DNA from: an uncultured Clostridia bacterium
GTDB lineage: Bacteria; Bacillota; Clostridia; Christensenellales; UBA1242
NCBI GenBank assembly: GCA_934754495.1
Contig: CAKVHW010000001.1
Coordinates: 136,462 to 200,461, forward strand
Reading direction: 5' to 3'
Length of the DNA stretch: 64,000 nt
How positions within the stretch are numbered: the stretch's first letter is position 1; the number at the start of each line of letters is the position of its first letter. The position numbers and the translations under genes were made by a program. The notes beneath the pieces were generated by a model. It saw only the letters and a list, made by a program, of their open reading frames with translations, searched no databases and was not told the origin of the DNA. Of this stretch, positions 39,895 to 48,343 are shown piece by piece.

Positions 39895-42800
39895 TTAGTT
39901 CTTCTTATTTTTTTTGGTGAACAACGATTTTATTGCAATACCCAAGTCTGCAAAAGTTTTTTTCTTAATTGCAAACCAGAAGATTGAAAACCCGCCAATT
40001 CCTGCAAATACCACTGCGCCGATTATTATGCCTGTAATTTTACCACTGGTTAGAGTGTTGTTGTGTTTTTTACCGTCATTTGTTTCTGAATCGGGCAAAG
40101 GTAAAATGTCGTAAACTGCTGTAAGGCTTACTTCGCTATTTACTGTGAATGTGTAGTTTTTGTCTGTGCTTACAATTTCTCCTCGTTCGTTTTTCCAGCA
40201 TTTAAACACTTTTCCAGTAGTAGGCTCATCGGCTGTTATGGTTATACTTTCACCTGCTTTAACAAACTCTGTATCACCGCTAATGGTGCCACCAGTGACG
40301 GTTACTTTGTACGTGCCGGTTTTTGCAATTCTAAGGTCAGTAATTTCGTTTCCAGCTTCATCAAAGTGCTTTCCACAAACCAAACAGTCATAGTGTCCTT
40401 TTGTTCCAAACTCTGTTTCGGTTGCGGATACCTCTTCTTTCCAGTCACTATAAGTATGGGGTTTTGTTGTACCATAAGCAGCTTTGCATACGGCACAAAT
40501 TGCTTGTTCTGTGCATGTTGCAGTTCCACCCAAACAGTTTGCTGTTTCGGTATGACTACCATCTTTCTTACAAGTGCGAGTGTGTGTGCCATTTCCGTTG
40601 CTAATCCACTCGCCCCAACGGTGAACATGAGTATTGGTTTGTTTGGTGTAATAATATGTCACCGTTTGACCACTACCGTTTATTGTTTCGTGTTGTCCTT
40701 CCGCTTTTGCAAATGTATGCCCCAAAAGTGTAGGCGGTGCAGTCCAATTGAGAGTAGTTCCAAGTGGAATAGGTATTACAGCTCTTGGAGCGTTTGGAAT
40801 TTCAGTACCGTCTTCAAACTTGTATTCTATATTTACGTTTGCGTAAATTTGAGTTTCTGTGTTGTCATTTGCCAACACGTTCCCTGTTTCGTCTGTCACT
40901 TCAAAAGCAACTGTGTCGCCACTGTTTAAAACCGCATTGGCAGGAATTTGATAAATCATAGAACAATTCACTAGTCCAGAATTAAAATCGCTACCAGTAT
41001 ATTCTAAAGCACCTTTAGGCCAAAACTTGTTTTTATCGCCCCATACGGGAATAGTAAAAGTTTGAGTTAATTCAAGCTTATTGCCACTTGTTGTAGTTCC
41101 AATACTTCCGTCAGCACGTTTTATCCAAACCTTCATGGTGATGTATCGTTCTGTAGTTTCAGAAAGATTTTGGACAATTGTTCTAAGCTCAATTTTTTCA
41201 CCTCTCATATTAGTGCCGAATTTGTTTTTGTTTGCTCCGCTAAGAATTACATTGTTATGATAATTTGCAAAATTATAATATCCAGTATAGCTTGTGTCTT
41301 CAAACTCTGAGTAAGTGGTATATTGCCCAGTATATTTCTTAACTTCAGGGTTGGCAACATAGAGGTTTTTTCCATTTACAAGTTGCGATAATCTCTTATA
41401 ACCTTGCAACTTGCAAACTTCACATAATGGGAAGCTTGTGTCACGCATAAGGCACTCAAAACTTGAGTTGTAAGAATTGCCATAACCTAGTGCATTGCAT
41501 GTATAAGTTTTTCTAAAACCTAATAGTTGTTTCCACTTTACATTGTTTGGGTCGTGAGTGTGTGTCACATTTAATGATGTGATATCTGTTTGGGGTGAAG
41601 TTCTATCTAAATACTCGTCACCGAGACCTAATAGCCCGTGTCCAAGCTCGTGAGTAAAAGTCTTTGCAGCTCGGTCGCTGTCTGATGGTGTTATGAAATA
41701 GTGAAATCCTGACTTAAGATTTGTATATGCGTCACCAAAATTACGGGTGGTATTTACAAGCAACGCAAACTGGTTAATGTAATTATGCACGTAATAAAAT
41801 GGGGGATATTGTTTGTTGTCGTCCCAATACATTACGTCAGGTTCAGTGTTGTTAGGAATATGAGCATCGTGTATTTGTTCAATAAAAGTAGGGCCTATAC
41901 ATCTTTCAAAAATATGATTTTTCCAACTGTTACCCATATTTGTTGATATCGAAGATGAATTCTTATTGCTTACTACTACGTCAAAAAATGTACTGCCACC
42001 ATTTTCAAAACTCGACTCTGATGCTGTGCAAAGTGCGTAAACGTTAAAACGGTCGGCATAACTACGGTATGGTTCGTACTGCATAGCGCCTCTCCAAACC
42101 TTTTTGACATCATTTATAAACTTTTGCTGTTGACTTTTTGTATAACCTTCACCACAAAACACGATAACCATGTTTTCGGTGTCGCTTCTTGTTTTTTGAA
42201 TAGTGTATACTGGGATTGTTGGATTAGCATATTTGCCGTCATTTGAGTAATAAGGGCCAAGGGTAAGTTCAAGCTTTTGTTCAATATTAATATCCCACTC
42301 TTGATTTGGGTCGTCTTCAGGCTCGGCAACGGTATAATCGTCTTCCATTTTGTCGGGAGCTGAACCAATATATGGGTTTAAAAGTGTTCCATTGCCTGAC
42401 GTTGCCACATAATAGTTGGTATCAAGATAAAACGCAGGTCTCACTCCAATGTAATCTCGTTGAGGCGACTCTCTGCCTATTGTTCCATTATTATGGACAT
42501 AACGCATATCATGGTTGCAATCTGTTACCGGAGTCCTTAGCCAATATGGCCAGTTTGTTCCTTCTTCATTTTTACCCACATAGTAGCTGTCAAAATTTTT
42601 CCAAACAGCGTTTACTTGCTTGACATCAAGAAGAAAAACTTTTTCAGTTGAATTCTCGCCGTATGCGCTTTCAAAGTTGTTGGCAACGCTTTGAATATCA
42701 TAATTTAATTCTAAATCGGAGCGACCATCGCCGTCATAAATTCCTTGTTTGTATTCTGGATGAGATACAAGCGAACGTTGGGTAATAGTCTTCATTGTTG

Positions 42801-43347
42801 CAATTTCAGCTTTTGTAAAGTCGCTTAAAAACCCAGCTTTTCCATCATAAGCACTACCATCAACATAATTAGCTTTTGGTGGATTACCACACAACCACTT
42901 TACTTCGCCAGATGATGCAGTGGAATTTAACCACGAGCGCATATTACTGTCTTTCCAGTAATTGGAACCATATTTATCACGCTTGTAATTTCTGCTGTGC
43001 GATTTCGAACGACTGTTGTCGCTAGTCATGGCATCATACGGAAGAGTATCAATTATTTTGTCTGCAAGCATAAGGTAGCCTTTTTCATCAATACTCACAC
43101 ACTTCCAAATAATATTTTTGCTATTATATTTGCCAAGACTTATATAATCACCAAGTTTTATTTGGGTGACATTTGTTCTGTTTGTTGACAAAGAGTTTAG
43201 AGTGTTTTCGGTTGTTTTATTTTCAGTGTTAGCAATACTTCGTATTCTCATTGCCTCACAGCCAAAAACAACAAGAACAAGTATTGTTGCGATTAATATT
43301 AAAATTGCACTTATTTTTTCAAAACATTTCTTCATTGAGGTTTGCAT
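39895..43347 (-). CDS. Large membrane-anchored protein: DUF6273-like domain, M64 (IgA-protease-type) zinc metallopeptidase, Cys-rich and B-repeat modules, C-terminal TM
   Basis: 1150 aa with an N-terminal signal or anchor. IIWKCVSIDEKGYLMLADK...NYWKDSNMRSWLN is DUF6273-like. VIVFCGEGYTKSQQQKF...FTHELGHGLLGLGDEY carries HExxH in an M64-like context. The start (43347 versus MKKC at 43335) is ambiguous. Confidence 0.8.
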   Translation of the reverse strand: MQTSMKKCFEKISAILILIATILVLVVFGCEAMRIRSIANTENKTTENTLNSLSTNRTNVTQIKLGDYISLGKYNSKNIIWKCVSIDEKGYLMLADKIIDTLPYDAMTSDNSRSKSHSRNYKRDKYGSNYWKDSNMRSWLNSTASSGEVKWLCGNPPKANYVDGSAYDGKAGFLSDFTKAEIATMKTITQRSLVSHPEYKQGIYDGDGRSDLELNYDIQSVANNFESAYGENSTEKVFLLDVKQVNAVWKNFDSYYVGKNEEGTNWPYWLRTPVTDCNHDMRYVHNNGTIGRESPQRDYIGVRPAFYLDTNYYVATSGNGTLLNPYIGSAPDKMEDDYTVAEPEDDPNQEWDINIEQKLELTLGPYYSNDGKYANPTIPVYTIQKTRSDTENMVIVFCGEGYTKSQQQKFINDVKKVWRGAMQYEPYRSYADRFNVYALCTASESSFENGGSTFFDVVVSNKNSSSISTNMGNSWKNHIFERCIGPTFIEQIHDAHIPNNTEPDVMYWDDNKQYPPFYYVHNYINQFALLVNTTRNFGDAYTNLKSGFHYFITPSDSDRAAKTFTHELGHGLLGLGDEYLDRTSPQTDITSLNVTHTHDPNNVKWKQLLGFRKTYTCNALGYGNSYNSSFECLMRDTSFPLCEVCKLQGYKRLSQLVNGKNLYVANPEVKKYTGQYTTYSEFEDTSYTGYYNFANYHNNVILSGANKNKFGTNMRGEKIELRTIVQNLSETTERYITMKVWIKRADGSIGTTTSGNKLELTQTFTIPVWGDKNKFWPKGALEYTGSDFNSGLVNCSMIYQIPANAVLNSGDTVAFEVTDETGNVLANDNTETQIYANVNIEYKFEDGTEIPNAPRAVIPIPLGTTLNWTAPPTLLGHTFAKAEGQHETINGSGQTVTYYYTKQTNTHVHRWGEWISNGNGTHTRTCKKDGSHTETANCLGGTATCTEQAICAVCKAAYGTTKPHTYSDWKEEVSATETEFGTKGHYDCLVCGKHFDEAGNEITDLRIAKTGTYKVTVTGGTISGDTEFVKAGESITITADEPTTGKVFKCWKNERGEIVSTDKNYTFTVNSEVSLTAVYDILPLPDSETNDGKKHNNTLTSGKITGIIIGAVVFAGIGGFSIFWFAIKKKTFADLGIAIKSLFTKKNKKN

Positions 43348-43569
43348 CCTCCTAATTTTTGTTTTTTTTAAGCTGTGTGAGATAGTATTTATTTTAGTTT
43401 TTTTGTTTTTATGCTCAATAGTAAAAAAGATTTTATTAGACTCAAGTTTTACTTACTAATTATTTTTCTCATTTTATGAATTATATCATACATTAATTAA
43501 ATTTCATATAAAAAAAGTCTAAATCAAATACTTTTTCCAAGTGTTAAATTTGTGCTTTTGGTTGTAAAT

Positions 43570-43604
43570 AAAAAAGGACACTCATTACAAGTGTCATCTT
43601 TTTT
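43570..43604 (-). terminator. Terminator after the zinc-ribbon gene
   Basis: GACACT...AGTGTC; on the minus strand it is followed by a T-run. Confidence 0.65.
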
Positions 43605-43633
43605 AATTTGTTTATAATACTTTTTGTAGCAAA

Positions 43634-44065
43634 TTATTGTTCTTTTCCACAACTTTTACAAAACTTGGAATCATTGTCGATTTTTGCACCGCAGTGTTTG
43701 CAAAATTTTGTATCTTTTATACCGTCTTTAATTGCTTTTGTTGTACGGGTTATTGCTTCTTCGTGAATTTCCGCATTAGTATTTGCCATGTTTTTCATAG
43801 TATCTTTGTTTTCACTTTGAATGTCACCAATAGTACCTATCATAAATGCACTAATCTTCTTTGAAAAACCCCAGGTAATTAGTGTAAGGGAAATAGGTAT
43901 AAGGAAGATTCCGATTACAAGCAATGGAATATTAGGAATAGTTCCGTCGCCAAAAGAACCTCTAAATACTACTGTGCCTAGAATTATTAACAAAATTCCA
44001 ACACCAAGTGAGGTAAATCCCAAAGCTTTAAAAATTGTAAAAACTTTATTTCTTTTATTATTCAT
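43634..44065 (-). CDS. Zinc-ribbon membrane protein
   Basis: Start set at MNNKRNKVF (ATG 44065, RBS GGGGAG). Two TM helices, with C-terminal CKHCGAKIDNDSKFCKSCG. Confidence 0.7.
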   Translation of the reverse strand: MNNKRNKVFTIFKALGFTSLGVGILLIILGTVVFRGSFGDGTIPNIPLLVIGIFLIPISLTLITWGFSKKISAFMIGTIGDIQSENKDTMKNMANTNAEIHEEAITRTTKAIKDGIKDTKFCKHCGAKIDNDSKFCKSCGKEQ

Positions 44066-44312
44066 TGTTTTCTCCCCATTTATTCTTATATGATTAACAA
44101 AGTATAACATATTACAATAATACCGGTCAACACTGTAAAACTTATTTTTAAAGGATTTAAACAAAATAATTTTGCTTTAATCTACAAAAACTCTTGATTT
44201 TGTGGTTAATTTATAGTAAACTATGCGTAGTTTTTAATAAAACATATCTATTTACAAACATTTTTTAAATGTGTTGTTAGTAAAGTGTTTTTTAAAAATA
44301 AAAACATAATAT

Positions 44313-44400
44313 GGAGAGTTGGCTGAGCGGTCGAAAGCGGCGGTCTTGAAAACCGTTGAAGTGAGAGCTTCCTGGGGTTCGAATCCCTAACTCTCCGCCA
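44313..44400 (+). tRNA. tRNA-Ser (anticodon TGA), long variable arm, encoded CCA
   Basis: Folded by hand. Acceptor GGAGAGT/ACTCTCC, anticodon loop CTTGAAA, long variable arm, T arm TGGGG-TTCGAAT-CCCTA. Confidence 0.9.
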
Positions 44401-44405
44401 TTAGT

Positions 44406-44441
44406 ATCCAGTCTAACATGTTGTTTGGCTGGATTTATTTT
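44406..44441 (+). terminator. tRNA-Ser terminator hairpin
   Basis: ATCCAG(T)C...G(G)CTGGAT followed by TTATTTT. Confidence 0.6.
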
Positions 44442-44460
44442 GATTTTAGAGGTTTGTAAA

Positions 44461-44925
44461 ATGAATATCGAAATTCTTGCTCAATCTATTTTACCATTGT
44501 CTATACATGGTGTAAACCCACGAAAAATTATGGGCGATTATAAATGGAAAAAAATAAAAAAAGAAAAACAAAAAGAAGCAGATCATCATTGTATGTGTTG
44601 CGGAGAATACGTTGAGCACGTTCCAGGTAATTATTTAGAATGTCATGAATTATATGATATTGACCTTGAAAATAGAGAGTTTAGATTTAAAGATGTAGTT
44701 TGTATATGTAAAAAATGTCATCAGTTTATACATTCGGCAAGAACTAAATGCTTAGTGGAAGAGGGTGAAATAACACAAGAATATTTTAATGAAATAATGG
44801 AACGTGGCAATAATTTATTGATGATAAATGGCTTAGAAAAAAAAGACTTATCACAAAAAGAAATAAAAAATCCCAAGTGGGTTTTAATTTATGAGAATAA
44901 ACGTTACAATAATAAGTCGTTTTAG
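44461..44925 (+). CDS. HNH-type zinc-finger nuclease-like protein
   Basis: Start set at MNIEIL (ATG 44461, RBS AGAGG). The track start is TTG. HHCMCCGEYVEH...LECHELYDID...ENREF...CICKKCHQFIH fits the CxxC...H...N...CxxCH pattern. Confidence 0.6.
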   Translation: MNIEILAQSILPLSIHGVNPRKIMGDYKWKKIKKEKQKEADHHCMCCGEYVEHVPGNYLECHELYDIDLENREFRFKDVVCICKKCHQFIHSARTKCLVEEGEITQEYFNEIMERGNNLLMINGLEKKDLSQKEIKNPKWVLIYENKRYNNKSF

Positions 44926-45022
44926 AAAAAACTTACTTCGTAAATTCTAAAATTTTTGGCAACTCTCAAAATCTTACCGCAAAAGAAGTTTGTTCTCACT
45001 TGCAAAACAATCAATAAAACTC

Positions 45023-45054
45023 AAAAAGGAAGAAGTTTAAACTTCTTCCTTTTT
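45023..45054. terminator. Bidirectional terminator
   Basis: Perfect 15-bp stem AAAAAGGAAGAAGTT / AACTTCTTCCTTTTT between convergent genes. Confidence 0.85.
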
Positions 45055-45904
45055 AAGTTAAAAAATAAAACTGATTTATATAATCAAATTTATGTCCTAA
45101 TGTTACAAGTCTTAATTTGCTATTATAATACAATTGTATTTTATCAATATATTTCGGTATTTCAAGAGCTATTAAAGTCATATTTAATCTTTCTTTACCT
45201 TCAGCGTCAATTCCACCTTTTAAATTTCTTTGAATAAATAAGCTATTGTCTTTATTTTTAAATGTGCAGATATAATCTACAAATCTTTTATACTTTACCA
45301 AATCAAAGGTATTTATAAACACCCATTCAATCATTTCGTTTTGTGACATAAAAAATTCATTAAGATAAGGCAATAAATCTATTTCTTCTGGTAACTCATC
45401 AAATATCTCTAATATTTTTCTCTTAGTTATATTAAATTCATCAATCAACTTGGACTTATGCACACAAACTTTCATCTTTTCATTTATATTATTTTGCAAA
45501 GAAATAATAAATGATTTGTGTTGAGATATGTTTCTTAATTCATATAAAAATCTATAACTTAATCTCATATCATAAAAAGTATGTGTTAGTTTAGTGAAAA
45601 ATTTATCACCACATATTTGTTTCAAACCATTTAAAAAAGGTGAAAAGTTTCCTAAAAAAGATTGTATTACATTTTTTAGTTTTGTTGCCAAATTTGAGTT
45701 AATGCGATTATCGTGAACATTCCTTACGCATTCTACAATATCAGCAAAAAGCATTTCATTTTCTTCTGCAATTTGATACAATTTACCCACTCGAATGATT
45801 TCTTCAAAGTCACTATCAAATTCAGGATATAAATTTTTCTCATCTACCAATGTTTTAAGGTTGTATATTCCATCAATTTTCTTTTGTTCAATTAAATTAC
45901 TCAT
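45053..45904 (-). CDS. HEPN-motif protein (Abi-like)
   Basis: YELRNISQHKS gives the Rx4H motif RNISQH at nt 45518-45535. Start set at MSNLIEQ (ATG 45904, RBS GGAGAA). No other recognisable domain. Confidence 0.6.
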   Translation of the reverse strand: MSNLIEQKKIDGIYNLKTLVDEKNLYPEFDSDFEEIIRVGKLYQIAEENEMLFADIVECVRNVHDNRINSNLATKLKNVIQSFLGNFSPFLNGLKQICGDKFFTKLTHTFYDMRLSYRFLYELRNISQHKSFIISLQNNINEKMKVCVHKSKLIDEFNITKRKILEIFDELPEEIDLLPYLNEFFMSQNEMIEWVFINTFDLVKYKRFVDYICTFKNKDNSLFIQRNLKGGIDAEGKERLNMTLIALEIPKYIDKIQLYYNSKLRLVTLGHKFDYINQFYFLT

Positions 45905-46165
45905 ACTTTTCTCCACAACAATTATAGCATATTTGTAATCGAAAATCTATATTTTAAAGTTTTAATATAATATTTATCCTAACCCTCCTATCACCAACAT
46001 ACACTTTTAAGTTAGAATTGGATAGCATTGACTCCGCCAAGTGTGAAATGGCTAGATTTAGCCATTTTTTTGTTTTTTAAAGTAGCGGCAGGACTCATTT
46101 TATTTTGTGCTTTTATAAGCATTGTAATGAGTAAATAAAAATACCTGTTGTGTAAAAGAGTTAAT

Positions 46166-46194
46166 TTGACTTTTTAGTAAATATTTGGTATACT
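46166..46194 (+). promoter_or_regulatory. Near-consensus extended -10 promoter placing the TSS at or near the ATG of the 497-aa gene (leaderless)
   Basis: TTGACT (46166-46171), a 17-nt spacer ending in TGG, then TATACT (46189-46194). The ATG lies at 46201, only 6 nt downstream, with no Shine-Dalgarno sequence. Confidence 0.6.
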
Positions 46195-46200
46195 AATTAT

Positions 46201-47694
46201 ATGGAAATTAAGAAAATTTTAAGTGAAAAAGAGTTTAAAGATTTTGAAGATGCCGTTGTTAAAATAAAATTGGATTGTTTAATAAAAACCGAGAACGACC
46301 CAGACTTTCGCCGAAAAAATATATCAACATATATTGATGTTGACAAAGTTGTGAATGACAACACCTTGTTTAAAAGATTGGCAAACAACTATCACAATGC
46401 AAAAAATTGTTTGGAAAATCTTTACAAAAAACATGAAGATGAATACGTTGATATGTATGAATTTGAAAGAGAACTGTTTAACAATCTTAAAGGTTATGTG
46501 TCAAATCAAGCGGTTTTGGCATCTAAAAATGAATTACCTAAGCGAAAATTAACCACAGAAGAAGCGGTTAAATACGAAGAAGCCCGAAACCTTTACATAC
46601 AGATGATTAGAAGTATTGATAAAGGGCATGCTGACTCGCAATTGATTGCCGAATCGCTAAAAACCCTACCATTGGAAATACTAGCCGACTATGTGGACAA
46701 AGTGGAAAAAGTGGTTGAAGAAAGGTATAACAAACCAAACAACAACAGCCCAAGAATGGCTATTTTGCACGATTATTTATCCACAATCGTTCCATTTTCA
46801 AGTACTTACGGCAACAATCTTGTTACACAAAAAATAGATATAAACACCACACGATTAAAAGGCTCCGACCCCAAATTTGCCTTGATGCCAACACATTTAA
46901 GAACCCTTGCGTTTCTTGAAAACCAACTACTGCTTAGCGACACTGGGCTAGACAAACAAAACATAGGATTTGACGGATACAGATTTTTTAACACAATTAC
47001 AAACTCAACCATTTTAAGTTCTACACTAAAACTTAATTTGACTTTTCTTAGCACAGCGGACATATCAAAACAATCAAACTTTGTTTTGGACGAAGACTTT
47101 GCCGATATGCTTATTTCAATCCACAAAGTTCACCGTAAAGTTACAAACAAAAATGTTATAACAAGCGTGCAGGAGGTTGATGGCGACACAATAATAACAA
47201 CCAAAACTTTGTTTAAGCCTGTTTTTGATGATTTGCCAAAGGCAAGAAAGACTTATGTTCAGCTGTGTATGGGGTTGGGACATTTTTGCAAAGTTAAGGA
47301 ATACAACAAAACAAAAAACACATTTAATATTGAATTGTATTACTTTGCCGACCCAAACAGCACAAACGGCATACAACTTCTACGCTTAGATAAAGTGGCA
47401 GATATGTTTAAGGGCAAACCAGCGAGTCACAACCTTCGTGGTAAAGAAAAAATTGAAACAACCATGCATATACACAAATATAATCTTGTAGATGCTGTTT
47501 TAAAAAACTACCAAAGTCCAGATAGTCTTGGTAAAATGGATATATCGTACAACTTTATCACTGTTTCAAAACCCAATATATATGCGGCAGAAGAACTTTT
47601 TAACAATAAATGTGGAATATATAACAAAGCTCTAAACAACAAAAATAGAAAGTTTTTTGAAAGAAAGCCCCCACTTCCAGACATGGAAAAGTAA
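46201..47694 (+). CDS. Hypothetical protein (497 aa orphan)
   Basis: Long uninterrupted ORF bounded by a strong promoter and a terminator. No motif I can assign. Confidence 0.7.
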   Translation: MEIKKILSEKEFKDFEDAVVKIKLDCLIKTENDPDFRRKNISTYIDVDKVVNDNTLFKRLANNYHNAKNCLENLYKKHEDEYVDMYEFERELFNNLKGYVSNQAVLASKNELPKRKLTTEEAVKYEEARNLYIQMIRSIDKGHADSQLIAESLKTLPLEILADYVDKVEKVVEERYNKPNNNSPRMAILHDYLSTIVPFSSTYGNNLVTQKIDINTTRLKGSDPKFALMPTHLRTLAFLENQLLLSDTGLDKQNIGFDGYRFFNTITNSTILSSTLKLNLTFLSTADISKQSNFVLDEDFADMLISIHKVHRKVTNKNVITSVQEVDGDTIITTKTLFKPVFDDLPKARKTYVQLCMGLGHFCKVKEYNKTKNTFNIELYYFADPNSTNGIQLLRLDKVADMFKGKPASHNLRGKEKIETTMHIHKYNLVDAVLKNYQSPDSLGKMDISYNFITVSKPNIYAAEELFNNKCGIYNKALNNKNRKFFERKPPLPDMEK

Positions 47695-47789
47695 CGATGA
47701 ATTTAAGTATTAAAAGTTAATATTGTGCTTGTTTTTTATTTGTTAGCATAAAAACAATTAGTATAAACAATAACAAAACTGAAGCTTAT

Positions 47790-47827
47790 AAAAAAGATAC
47801 AACAATATTGTTGTATCTTTTTTTTTA
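47790..47827. terminator. Bidirectional terminator
   Basis: AAGATACAACA-ATAT-TGTTGTATCTT flanked by an A-run and a T-run. Confidence 0.85.
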
Positions 47828-47859
47828 AAAATTTTGTATTTAAAAACATAATTTAATGT

Positions 47860-48267
47860 TTAGTGTATGTTTGCTGTTGTGGAAATTAGAGACCATACAA
47901 CGGCATGTTTTTCTTCGTTGTACTTATATTGAGATAGTACTTTATAGACACCCAAAAACTTGCGACAAGAAATTCCTAATACATTTGTATATTTCAAAAA
48001 GACGTATCTTTCAGTGTTTTGTTTTATGTGGTAATCAGCATCTGATATCGTTTTCTTCTCTTTTTCGCCTGTTTTATTGTTGTAACATTCATAGATGTGA
48101 GTTAAATCATCGTCTATCGTGTTTACCCAACCACCTTTATTTGATCCGTCAACAGATAGAGTGGGTGACCATACTTTATTCCAAGAACATTTGTAATAAC
48201 CTTTAACTATGTGCCCAAATACTCCTAGTATGTCTTTCATGTATTTAAGCGAATCTCCCTGCTTCAA
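47860..48267 (-). CDS. Hypothetical 135-aa protein, downstream partner of the STAND gene
   Basis: TTG start preceded by AAGAGG. Same strand as the STAND gene, 76 nt downstream, with no intervening terminator seen. The beta-rich pattern (ERYVFLKY...RKFLGVYKVL...HAVVWSLI) is reminiscent of PUA/SRA-like folds, but this is unproven. Confidence 0.55.
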   Translation of the reverse strand: MKQGDSLKYMKDILGVFGHIVKGYYKCSWNKVWSPTLSVDGSNKGGWVNTIDDDLTHIYECYNNKTGEKEKKTISDADYHIKQNTERYVFLKYTNVLGISCRKFLGVYKVLSQYKYNEEKHAVVWSLISTTANIH

Positions 48268-48343
48268 ATAACCTCTTTATAAATTTACACATTTTAAAAA
48301 AGATATTTTCTACAATGTTAATCTTAGTTGTTTACAAACTGCT

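Noticed and set aside
40366-40929. Numerous 60-190-aa ORFs antisense to or nested within large genes, for example 40366-40929, 18342-18755, 5092-5532, 26671-26988 and 51391-51729.
   Set aside because: They overlap well-supported genes on the opposite strand or in another frame, are low-complexity (Ser/Phe/Leu/Ile-rich) and lack RBSs. These are typical AT-rich-genome artefacts.
46000-46040. A tRNA-Ser 3'-end-like fragment (GTTAGAAT...ACTCCGCCA versus GTTCGAAT...CTCTCCGCCA) as an internal att site.
   Set aside because: Only an 8-mer plus a 7-of-8 block match, and the region between them does not align. It is too weak to call, and is mentioned only as an alternative within the sRNA finding.
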